From positions 1,457-65,456 of the forward strand of contig JAZNAO010000006.1 in the NCBI GenBank assembly GCA_045586565.1: a stretch of DNA of 64,000 nucleotides, written 5' to 3'. The position numbers and the translations under genes were made by a program. The notes beneath the pieces are model-generated. The model had not been told where the DNA came from. It saw nothing but the letters and a program-made list of their open reading frames with translations, and made no database searches. Of the stretch, positions 10,601 through 19,117 are shown in pieces. Each line of letters begins with the position of its first letter. The first letter of the stretch is position 1. The DNA is from Candidatus Enterousia sp. Lineage in GTDB: Bacteria; Pseudomonadota; Alphaproteobacteria; Rs-D84.

Positions 10601-11059
10601 TTATTCAACAATAAACGATATTTGGTTTGTATCAGATTCAAAACAGTTTTCTGCATATCCTGTTTCAAAGCCGTTTACCAGCATTTTTGTTGCCCACTGT
10701 GGTTTCATGGTTGAAAAATAATCACATTCACCTGTTGTTAAATCAACCAAGTTGATGGAAAATGTCGCGCCATCTGTACTGGATGTTATGGACCATCCTT
10801 CGCCACCAATTGGGGCGCGATCTGATTGTAATGCGCCCGCCTTGATAAGATAGTCCACAGACACACCTGTATAATCATCGCGCATTTCCAATAACAATTT
10901 TGTGTTTGCTGCGATTTGTTCCAATTCTGCATTTGCGATTGTTCGCTTTTGATTTTCGCGCATTATGCGAAACATTCCAAATGCCGCCACTGTCATCAGA
11001 CCAGTAATCGCCATAACACCGATAACTTCAATCAAAGACCGTCCAGATTGTTGTTTCAT
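10601..11059 (-). CDS. Type IV prepilin-like protein (pilin or pseudopilin).
   Basis: Class III leader MKQQSG|RSLIEVIGVMAITGLMTVAAF with Glu at +5. The start ATG overlaps the dnaX stop in a TAATG junction. Confidence 0.75.
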   Translation of the reverse strand: MKQQSGRSLIEVIGVMAITGLMTVAAFGMFRIMRENQKRTIANAELEQIAANTKLLLEMRDDYTGVSVDYLIKAGALQSDRAPIGGEGWSITSSTDGATFSINLVDLTTGECDYFSTMKPQWATKMLVNGFETGYAENCFESDTNQISFIVE

Positions 11060-12627
11060 TATTTTACTCCTACGATTTCTGCGTTTTCAAACAGGCTCAT
11101 TGCGCTGGCGACCAATGGGTCTGCAACCAATTCTTCTTGTTTTTGTTCAGACATTGTATGTGTATGAACATTTTCACTGGCGCGAACCATCTCCCATGCA
11201 TGTCCTGTCTTGTCCATCAGCCATGTGGCCAATTTATGCACAAAATCCCCGTCACCTTTGCGGTCAAAGTATGTGATTTTACCATCGGTAAATTCAGACA
11301 CTTCGATATTACTGCTATAATAAGAATATAATAAAATTTCCTTGGATTTTTGTAATTCTTCCCCCAGTTGTGTTGCAGACGTAATTGTTACAAATGTTGT
11401 TTGTGGTATACACGGTTGTGTTTCTGACGGTTTAGACATACGGTCTGCCAAAATATTTTTTACGTCACGCACACGATTTGCAGATTCTTGCTGTTTAATC
11501 AATTCTGGGATTGATGGCATATCTGCAATATGCATCATACGAATAATCAGCATATCAAAACATTGTTTTTGATTGCCCGCAGCCTGCATTTCTGGGACGG
11601 CGGCAACCATAACCTGCCATATACGCGACAATGTGTTCACAGATACGCGTGAATTTATCATATGAATCTGGTCGCGTTGGTCGGTGGTGTATGGTGAATT
11701 TACAGCATCGCCTGCGTGTAATGCCGGATGCATACGCGTTGCCCAGTGTGTCCATTCCATCATGTCCGTCAACAACATCATTAAATCGGCGCCGTTATTA
11801 TAAATCTCGTCTACCTTGTTTAATGCGGCTGCTGTGTCACCAGATAACAAAGTCTTCATCAAATCAACCACAACACCACGGTCGGCACGTTTAAGCATAT
11901 CTAATACAGCTACTTCATCAACGTGTCCCCCGGTTTGGGCAATTGCCTGGTCCAGCAAAGATAAACCATCGCGCACAGAACCATCTGCCGCGCGTGCCAA
12001 TAATTCGTTTGCGCCATCAGTCAGTTCAACATTTTCCTGGTCTGCAATCCATGCAAAATGTTTTTTTAATGTTTCGACCGGCACACGCACCAAATCAAAA
12101 CGTTGGCAACGAGATAAAATCGTCACGGGAACTTTTCGGATTTCTGTGGTTGCCAAAATGAATATTACATGTGCGGGTGGTTCTTCTAATGTTTTCAACA
12201 GTGCGTTAAACGCAGATGTCGACAGCATATGAACTTCGTCAATAATATAAACTTTATATCGTCCGTTTGTTGGTCTGTATTGTGCCGCATCCAGAATGTC
12301 ACGCATATTATCCACACCTGTATGTGATGCAGCGTCGATTTCCATAACGTCAATATGTTGTCCGGCGGCAATTGCGCGACAGTTTTCGCATGTTCCACAT
12401 GGTGTTGCGGTTGCCCGGTCTGATGATTGGCAATTCAATGCCTTGGCCAAGATACGCGCTGTGCTTGTTTTTCCAGTTCCGCGAATTCCTGTGAAAATAT
12501 ATGCGTGCGCAATACGTGACGTGTTGATTGCAGTGGTCAATGTTTTTACCAAAACATCCTGGCCAATCAGTGTTTTAAAATCTTGACTGCGATATTTACG
12601 TGCCAAAACGGTATAATTGTTTTCCAT
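11059..12627 (-). CDS. dnaX: DNA polymerase III subunit gamma/tau.
   Basis: AAA+ Walker A GIRGTGKTS, zinc-binding Cys cluster CQSSDRATATPCGTCENC, clamp-loader box. Confidence 0.95.
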   Translation of the reverse strand: MENNYTVLARKYRSQDFKTLIGQDVLVKTLTTAINTSRIAHAYIFTGIRGTGKTSTARILAKALNCQSSDRATATPCGTCENCRAIAAGQHIDVMEIDAASHTGVDNMRDILDAAQYRPTNGRYKVYIIDEVHMLSTSAFNALLKTLEEPPAHVIFILATTEIRKVPVTILSRCQRFDLVRVPVETLKKHFAWIADQENVELTDGANELLARAADGSVRDGLSLLDQAIAQTGGHVDEVAVLDMLKRADRGVVVDLMKTLLSGDTAAALNKVDEIYNNGADLMMLLTDMMEWTHWATRMHPALHAGDAVNSPYTTDQRDQIHMINSRVSVNTLSRIWQVMVAAVPEMQAAGNQKQCFDMLIIRMMHIADMPSIPELIKQQESANRVRDVKNILADRMSKPSETQPCIPQTTFVTITSATQLGEELQKSKEILLYSYYSSNIEVSEFTDGKITYFDRKGDGDFVHKLATWLMDKTGHAWEMVRASENVHTHTMSEQKQEELVADPLVASAMSLFENAEIVGVK

Positions 12628-12709
12628 ACTGAAACTTCCTTTGGGTTTAGCATAGCAAACCAGTGTAAAATTTCAACAAATAAAACGCGCCAATGGCGCG
12701 CTTATAATA

Positions 12710-13018
12710 TTATTTTAGGTTTGTAATAAAATCTGGCAATTCGCTGTCTTCATCATCAGGATTTTCTGGTGCGTCTCCGGCGGATTCTGGTGCTGGTTCT
12801 GCAACTGTCTTATCCTTTGGGTCGCGTGTTGAATCTATTTTACCCTGTTCTGCATTGACAATACGACCATAGTGTTCTGCCGCCTGTAATAAACGTTCGC
12901 GTTCAATTTCATCAGATGTTTGACGCGCTTGGTCTATATATTGTTTTCTTTTCTGACGCCATTTATGACAGCGTTGAATCATCTGTCCGACATTGGATTG
13001 ATTTTTTTTATTTTGCAT
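12710..13018 (-). CDS. Hypothetical small acidic protein (102 aa).
   Basis: ORF only; no recognisable motif. Confidence 0.3.
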   Translation of the reverse strand: MQNKKNQSNVGQMIQRCHKWRQKRKQYIDQARQTSDEIERERLLQAAEHYGRIVNAEQGKIDSTRDPKDKTVAEPAPESAGDAPENPDDEDSELPDFITNLK

Positions 13019-13121
13019 ATTTTTTTCTTTTTAATCAGGAAATAATCTTTTATAACGAATCCGAATAAACATCGTCTTCGTCACAGTTAACGTTTCAAAT
13101 ATTAAAGTATCTTAAAACCGA

Positions 13122-13150
13122 TTGCAATAATTTTTTTATGTTGCTACACT
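13122..13150 (+). promoter_or_regulatory. Candidate sigma70 promoter for the pilin-like cluster.
   Basis: TTGCAA, 17-nt spacer, TACACT. The downstream AGGAGGGGG ribosome-binding site lies 6 nt before the TTG start at 13174. Confidence 0.45.
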
Positions 13151-13173
13151 GAACGTGTAGGAGGGGGCACGTC

Positions 13174-14532
13174 TTGCAACAACAACGCGGTAATTTTTTA
13201 ATGCAGGCTCTGTTGGCATTGGGGGTAATTTTTGCATTTATGCCATTTATTACACGCCAATTGGCGGGGCGCGATACCGATGCGCGTATGTATTCTTCAA
13301 CGCGCCAGGTTGATATTGCGCAAAGTGCCGCCCAGATTTTTATTCGTGAAAATGCGAATAATTTACCATATGAAACAACGGTTATATCGGGAAATGATTT
13401 TGCTGATTTATTGGAACCGTATGGCCTGCCATTGGGTTTTGTGCCACGCACGGCCCTGGGCCAGAATATTGCGTTGGTAATCAATAAAACGCCAGTATCT
13501 GTATCTGCGTATCTGGAATTGTCTGGTGGTAATTTATCCGCGTTGGATATTGCAGAGTTGGCGCGTCGTATTGGATTTTATGCGATGGTCACAGATGATG
13601 GTGTAAATGTTGGTATTGAATTGTCGGATGTTTATTCTGATATTGTGCGTCGTAATGAACCGAATTTGGAAAACAGTGGTTTTTTAACCGATTTAGATAT
13701 GGGTGGTTTCGTATTTAATAATGCCGGCAATTTATTCGCTGTGCGTGGCACATTTGATAGTGCTCAATTTAACAGTATGACTGTAAATGGACTGGAATCG
13801 GGGCGCAAGGCAAAAAATACAATTGGCACCATGATTGCAGACAAGGCTGTGTTTCAAAACAAGTCTGGCGAATCAGCGCTAACTTTGACACGTGGGACAT
13901 TGTATGCAAATACTGTAAATGGTCGCACGTTATCTTTGTTTGGTGATACGGGAAATCTGGCTGTGAATGATGCGTCGGCATATGAGTTGGCGATGACTGC
14001 GGGTCGAACGTCTTTTTCGGGGCCTGAAAAATGGAATGTTCGCGGGAATTTGGTATCAGATCACATCAATTTTAGTGTTGAACGATTAGATGTGTCGTCG
14101 TATATCAGTGCAACACGCGGTCAAGATGTATTTATTGATTATGATACATTGGATTACAGCACTAAATCTGGAATCGAAGTCGGAACAATATACACATCAA
14201 ATATCACTGTGCGTGATCAGACGTCCAGTGCATTAAACGATGGTATGTCTGGGGCGGTTATTTTAGATGTGCGCCCAGGCGGCACAACACTGTTGCCGGA
14301 TGCGTTGGTTGGTGATATCAACAACGACGAATTTGCAATTATATCTGATGTGTTATCAGATGACGATGCAACGATTGCGTGTAAAAAAATAATAGATGAT
14401 TTCGAAGGTGTGTATAACAAGCAGTCTTTATCGCAATATTTAATATGTCAATATGTATATTGGCAACGTCTGGAAAAGCGCATCAATATCAAACAATGTT
14501 TAATGGCGGGTGGCAGTGACTGTGTTAAATAA
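13174..14532 (+). CDS. Large prepilin-leader protein 1 (452 aa). Gln at +5 instead of Glu, as in GspK/PilX.
   Basis: TTG start gives MQQQRG|NFLMQALLALGVIFAF. Choosing the downstream ATG would remove the prepilin leader. Confidence 0.55.
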   Translation: MQQQRGNFLMQALLALGVIFAFMPFITRQLAGRDTDARMYSSTRQVDIAQSAAQIFIRENANNLPYETTVISGNDFADLLEPYGLPLGFVPRTALGQNIALVINKTPVSVSAYLELSGGNLSALDIAELARRIGFYAMVTDDGVNVGIELSDVYSDIVRRNEPNLENSGFLTDLDMGGFVFNNAGNLFAVRGTFDSAQFNSMTVNGLESGRKAKNTIGTMIADKAVFQNKSGESALTLTRGTLYANTVNGRTLSLFGDTGNLAVNDASAYELAMTAGRTSFSGPEKWNVRGNLVSDHINFSVERLDVSSYISATRGQDVFIDYDTLDYSTKSGIEVGTIYTSNITVRDQTSSALNDGMSGAVILDVRPGGTTLLPDALVGDINNDEFAIISDVLSDDDATIACKKIIDDFEGVYNKQSLSQYLICQYVYWQRLEKRINIKQCLMAGGSDCVK

Positions 14533-15751
14533 CAAGATATTTTCAGATAATTGTCATGGTGCCAGTGTTCTGGAAGTGTTGCTGGCAATGGCGATTGTTG
14601 CCATGGCGACACCTTTTGTATATCGGCAAATTGCCCAAACAAATCATACGATTCATGATATTGCAATTGCGCGCAAGATTATGTCGACGCGTGAATCCGC
14701 ACTAAACTTTATCAGAATAAATCAAGATAAATGGCCTGATAATGCCCAGATTAAATTAGATGATTCTGAATTGGATATTATATCAACAGATGCAGCAGCG
14801 GGCTTTATTGATAAATATTCTGTAAACGGCGCAGTTATAACAGATGTATATTTGGCATTTGTTACAGCAGATACAGGATTGCGGACAAATCAAATTGCCC
14901 GTCATATTGGTTCTGATGCGGCGGTGGTCAGCGATGATGGTGTTGCGTATGGTAATACTTGGGCGGTTGCAGCGCCTGATTTTATTCCTGGTGATTTAAT
15001 ATATCGTATATCGCGTGACATTGCGGGCACAGATACATCAATATATCTGCATCGTGGAACATCTGGTGATGATGGTTTAAATATTATGCAACGTGATTTA
15101 GATATGTCGAATCATCACGTTTATAATGTTGCGACTTTGAATGGAAAATCTGTTCGTGCACGAAATGCAAATACTGTGTTTGTCGACACAACAGATGTTG
15201 TTACCAACAGTGTATATTTTTCATCGGGTGCGAATTTAGAGAATGATTCATCTGTATTTGGTAATGTTCGTGTAACTGGTGATATATCTGGGTTTCGTAA
15301 TATTTATGCAGATAATTTAAACGGTCGTGGATATACGACCACAGGGCGCATTGTAACAGACCGCGCCACGATTATAGATACTATAAATGTTGCGAATGAC
15401 TTTGTGTTAAAATCTGATTCTACACGCACGGTCAGCGCATTTACAGGTATTTCGGCCAGTTCTGTTTTGACACCATACATATCTGCCGAAGAGATGATAT
15501 TTTATGATAATTTTGGATTGACTGTATCTGGTGAATTGCTGATGTCAACCTCAACACCATTAAAGTTGGGCAGTTGGTCATTCCCATCAACAAAGCCGCC
15601 TGTGTTTAAGTCTTTTAATGTGTCACGGGCAACACGTCCGTCAATGCCGTCGCGTAATGAATTTGATGCAGTAACCCGTCGTGGGTGGCAGTCAACAGAT
15701 ACACTAACCCCACCGGTCTTTCAACAAACATATATATCAACGATAAATTAA
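14510..15751 (+). CDS. Large prepilin-leader protein 2 (413 aa).
   Basis: GTG start; leader ...DNCHG|ASVLEVLLAMAIVAMA with Glu at +5. Overlaps the upstream gene by 23 nt. Confidence 0.55.
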   Translation: MAVTVLNNKIFSDNCHGASVLEVLLAMAIVAMATPFVYRQIAQTNHTIHDIAIARKIMSTRESALNFIRINQDKWPDNAQIKLDDSELDIISTDAAAGFIDKYSVNGAVITDVYLAFVTADTGLRTNQIARHIGSDAAVVSDDGVAYGNTWAVAAPDFIPGDLIYRISRDIAGTDTSIYLHRGTSGDDGLNIMQRDLDMSNHHVYNVATLNGKSVRARNANTVFVDTTDVVTNSVYFSSGANLENDSSVFGNVRVTGDISGFRNIYADNLNGRGYTTTGRIVTDRATIIDTINVANDFVLKSDSTRTVSAFTGISASSVLTPYISAEEMIFYDNFGLTVSGELLMSTSTPLKLGSWSFPSTKPPVFKSFNVSRATRPSMPSRNEFDAVTRRGWQSTDTLTPPVFQQTYISTIN

Positions 15752-15752
15752 A

Positions 15753-17069
15753 ATGACAAAACGATACGGAATTTTTTCAAAATACAATCAATCGCGTGGC
15801 GGCATGTTGATTGAATTACTGCTTAGTGTGGCATTGGCATCTGTGATAATACCATTCATTTTCCAGTATCAACAGAACGCGGTAACGCGTGCGCAAAATA
15901 TTGCGATTACAGAACAAATGTCGGATATTCAATCTGCATTGGAAAGATATATAATTGCCAATCGCGAAGATTTATTAAAAACTGTGGGTCGCACTATTAC
16001 GCGCATATCTATGTCTGATTTGGTGCCATATGGTGTCCCAGATTCTGTATTGACCGCCGGCGATGAATTGTTTCAACTGCGCATCTTAAAATCGTCAGAT
16101 TATGGTGACCAGTCTACATTACAGGGAATCGTTGTGCGAAACTCAGAAGATATATCCCCATTGCGAACACGTGAAATTGTGAATCTGTCTGGGGGCAGTA
16201 TGGGTTTTATTGATGACACTCATGCGTATGGTACATTTGGTACATGGCATACAGATACAGTTGACATGGGCATTGATATGGATAACGCGATTATTGAAAC
16301 GACACCTGTGAATCGTGACAACGCGTTGTATTTGTGGCGCATACCATCTGATGATGCGTCAGACTCGCGCATGATGACGGCGTTAAACCTGGGTGGGCAT
16401 GATATATTAAATTCATCGTTTGTAAATGCGAATCATATTGAATTTTCAGAAATGTTGTCTGCACCTGCGATTGCGACGGGCGATATTATCTTTCAAAACA
16501 GAACAACGATAGATTGGCCATTGGATGCATCCAACGCCAGTGTCGCGGGTATGTTATCTTCGGATGCCAAGAATATGGAAATAACCAATTCTTTGACGAT
16601 TGGTGACGTTGCAAAATTATCATCGTTGACGGCATCAAATTTATGGGTTGGCAATTTAACGTTGGGTGGTTTATCTTTGCACGGTGATGTAGAAGTCGCG
16701 ACCTTGGCCATAAATCAGACACTGGATATGACTGCCGGTCGTATCGAAGCAATGTTTGTATCTGTTGGTTTTGCAGGTTCTATGACGCCGCGTCTGGTTG
16801 TTTACGACAGAATCGAAGATTCAACGAATTCTGGATACTATTGGGATTTGAAATCAGAAATGGCAAGCTTTGCGGACGCAACGTTGGTTGAATTAAATCG
16901 TATGGCAACCTTGGCGTCATATTACGAAGGTGATGCGTCGACTGAATCTGGCCAGATTTTTGGTGCGGTATCTGCGAATAAAAATGCGACTGTATCTGAT
17001 TACATGAACGCGATAAATGAAATTCAAACGCGTGTTCGTGCCAAATATCGTCAGTTGAATTTGCAATAA
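15753..17069 (+). CDS. Large prepilin-leader protein 3 (438 aa).
   Basis: MTKRYGIFSKYNQSRGG|MLIELLLSVALASVII (Glu near +5). Starts 2 nt after the upstream stop. Confidence 0.6.
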   Translation: MTKRYGIFSKYNQSRGGMLIELLLSVALASVIIPFIFQYQQNAVTRAQNIAITEQMSDIQSALERYIIANREDLLKTVGRTITRISMSDLVPYGVPDSVLTAGDELFQLRILKSSDYGDQSTLQGIVVRNSEDISPLRTREIVNLSGGSMGFIDDTHAYGTFGTWHTDTVDMGIDMDNAIIETTPVNRDNALYLWRIPSDDASDSRMMTALNLGGHDILNSSFVNANHIEFSEMLSAPAIATGDIIFQNRTTIDWPLDASNASVAGMLSSDAKNMEITNSLTIGDVAKLSSLTASNLWVGNLTLGGLSLHGDVEVATLAINQTLDMTAGRIEAMFVSVGFAGSMTPRLVVYDRIEDSTNSGYYWDLKSEMASFADATLVELNRMATLASYYEGDASTESGQIFGAVSANKNATVSDYMNAINEIQTRVRAKYRQLNLQ

Positions 17070-17089
17070 AATGTGGTATAAGTAATAAC

Positions 17090-17617
17090 ATGAAAATAAA
17101 ATGTGAATTTTGTAAAACAGAATATAATATAGACAGACCGCCATTGACGCCGGTTAAATGTGCGTTGTGTGGGTATACGTGGCGCGTTGCGGCACCGGCG
17201 CGCAAGAACGTATGGTTGATGTTTTTTGCGTCTGTCTGTGCATTATTGTCTGCGATAATTTTTTCTATTGCGGTTATTGCTCATCACCAGGCTATTCATG
17301 CGAACCGTGGTCCATTGATTGCATCTGTGTCTGGGGTTGAAACCGCGACTGATGATACTGGTGTTTCGCATGTAATTGTCAGTGGTTCTGTGACAAATGT
17401 ATCGGATGCGATATATGGTGTGCCTGACTTGATAATTGTTGCGACGGACGATAATGGGAATGTTTTATCGCGCCAGAAATTTATGCCATCGGCCACATTA
17501 CTTGATTCTGGGGCGGTTGTGAATTTTAAACACACACTGGCGCCATTGCCGTCTGGCGTGACTAAGATATCCGCACATTTGGGCGAAATGGAAATACCAT
17601 CGGGGGAAGAACAATGA
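17090..17617 (+). CDS. Zinc-ribbon plus transmembrane protein (DUF3426-like).
   Basis: N-terminal CEFCKTEYN...CALCGYTW zinc ribbon, a transmembrane segment, then a periplasmic domain. Confidence 0.5.
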   Translation: MKIKCEFCKTEYNIDRPPLTPVKCALCGYTWRVAAPARKNVWLMFFASVCALLSAIIFSIAVIAHHQAIHANRGPLIASVSGVETATDDTGVSHVIVSGSVTNVSDAIYGVPDLIIVATDDNGNVLSRQKFMPSATLLDSGAVVNFKHTLAPLPSGVTKISAHLGEMEIPSGEEQ

Positions 17618-18072
17618 AAAAATTTATATTTGCATTGATTGGTTTGGCTTTATCTGCACCGTCATTTGCGGCAGACACGCCTGCGCCCGCGCGCATCAGT
17701 ATTTTTTCCACCAGCACTGATTGGCAGGCAGTTACTGGTCTGCGTCTGAACGAATATAATGGCACGTTTATTCCAGACAAGAAATTGGTTGGTCGTGGTC
17801 TGGTTTTGTATTACCTGGATGGGTTTCCGTGTTATGGGTTGGGGTATGGTGTTCGCGCGTGGGTTGGCCCAGACTTTAATCATGAACATTTGCATATTGC
17901 GTGTGTTGCGGCACCCACAGAAATTAAGTTTGCATACCGCAACGCCACCCGTGATGCAGACCAGGCGACAACCACAGGAATTTTGACATGTCCGGTTGAA
18001 GGCGACGGTCGTGAATTGACAATCCGTTTGTCTGATTGTACGGTTGGCCCTGATTGGGATGAATACAGATAA
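17614..18072 (+). CDS. Hypothetical secreted protein.
   Basis: Signal peptide MKKFIFALIGLALSAPSFAA. ATGA overlap with the upstream gene. Confidence 0.45.
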   Translation: MKKFIFALIGLALSAPSFAADTPAPARISIFSTSTDWQAVTGLRLNEYNGTFIPDKKLVGRGLVLYYLDGFPCYGLGYGVRAWVGPDFNHEHLHIACVAAPTEIKFAYRNATRDADQATTTGILTCPVEGDGRELTIRLSDCTVGPDWDEYR

Positions 18073-18083
18073 GGGTTTTATGC

Positions 18084-19043
18084 ATGGCGGACACACGTAC
18101 ATTTACTGTCTTAGATACTGATGAACTGACACGCGTTGATAAATATTTATCATCACAAATGCCTGAATTTTCACGCAGCGAGATTCAGCGTTTCACTGTC
18201 ACGCGTGGTGATGGTGCGCCTGTAAAGTTTTCCGAAAAAGTTCGTGTTGGGGATTGTTTTACTGTTGAAATTCCAGCGCCCCAGACAGACGTTGCAACAG
18301 ATAACATATCGTCAGACTTTGATCTGGACATATTGTTCGAAGACGATGATATAATCGTTATAAACAAACCGCGTGGTGTGGTTATGTACCCGTCTGCGGG
18401 CAACAAGACCGGAACATTGGTTCAAAATATCTTGGCGCACACGCATTTATCTGCGCTGGGCGGGGCAACGCGCCCGGGTGTGGTTCATCGTCTGGATAAA
18501 GATACCAGTGGCGTGATGGTCTTTGCGAAATCAGACGCGGCATTTCGTGGCTTGGTAAAAATATTTTCCGCGCATGATTTGACACGTAAATACATTGCCT
18601 TTACATGGAACATCCCAAATTGGGAGGTTGCCGACATCACCGGCAATATCGCGCGTTCATCACGTAATCGCCAAAAGATGACAATGGTAAAATCGGGCGG
18701 AAAATCATCTCATACCGAAGTGGCGGTTGTAAACGCGTGGCCACGTGCGAACGTGTCGCAAATGCGTTGCACACTGTTTACCGGCCGAACACACCAGATA
18801 CGCGTTCACCTGTCATCGCATGGTTTCCCGGTGTTATGTGACCCGTTGTACGGTCGTGGCGCGTCACGTCTGGGGACGGTGCGCGATGCGGATTTGTTGG
18901 ATTTTCTGCGTTCTCATGACGGTCAAATGTTGCACGCCGAAGTGCTGGAATTTACTCATCCCATAACTGGCGCGGCGATGCGTTTTAAATCCCGCCTGCC
19001 TGATGATATGATGGAATTAAAATATATCCTGGAAAATATATAA
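18084..19043 (+). CDS. rluD: RluA-family 23S rRNA pseudouridine synthase (RluD-like).
   Basis: S4-like N-terminus and the catalytic motif HRLDKDTSGVMV. Confidence 0.8.
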   Translation: MADTRTFTVLDTDELTRVDKYLSSQMPEFSRSEIQRFTVTRGDGAPVKFSEKVRVGDCFTVEIPAPQTDVATDNISSDFDLDILFEDDDIIVINKPRGVVMYPSAGNKTGTLVQNILAHTHLSALGGATRPGVVHRLDKDTSGVMVFAKSDAAFRGLVKIFSAHDLTRKYIAFTWNIPNWEVADITGNIARSSRNRQKMTMVKSGGKSSHTEVAVVNAWPRANVSQMRCTLFTGRTHQIRVHLSSHGFPVLCDPLYGRGASRLGTVRDADLLDFLRSHDGQMLHAEVLEFTHPITGAAMRFKSRLPDDMMELKYILENI

Positions 19044-19117
19044 CATTTTCCCCATTTTTCCCTTTTCAAAGTGCTTTGTTTGTGTTAAAATAAAGTAACT
19101 AATAATGGAGTAAGGGG

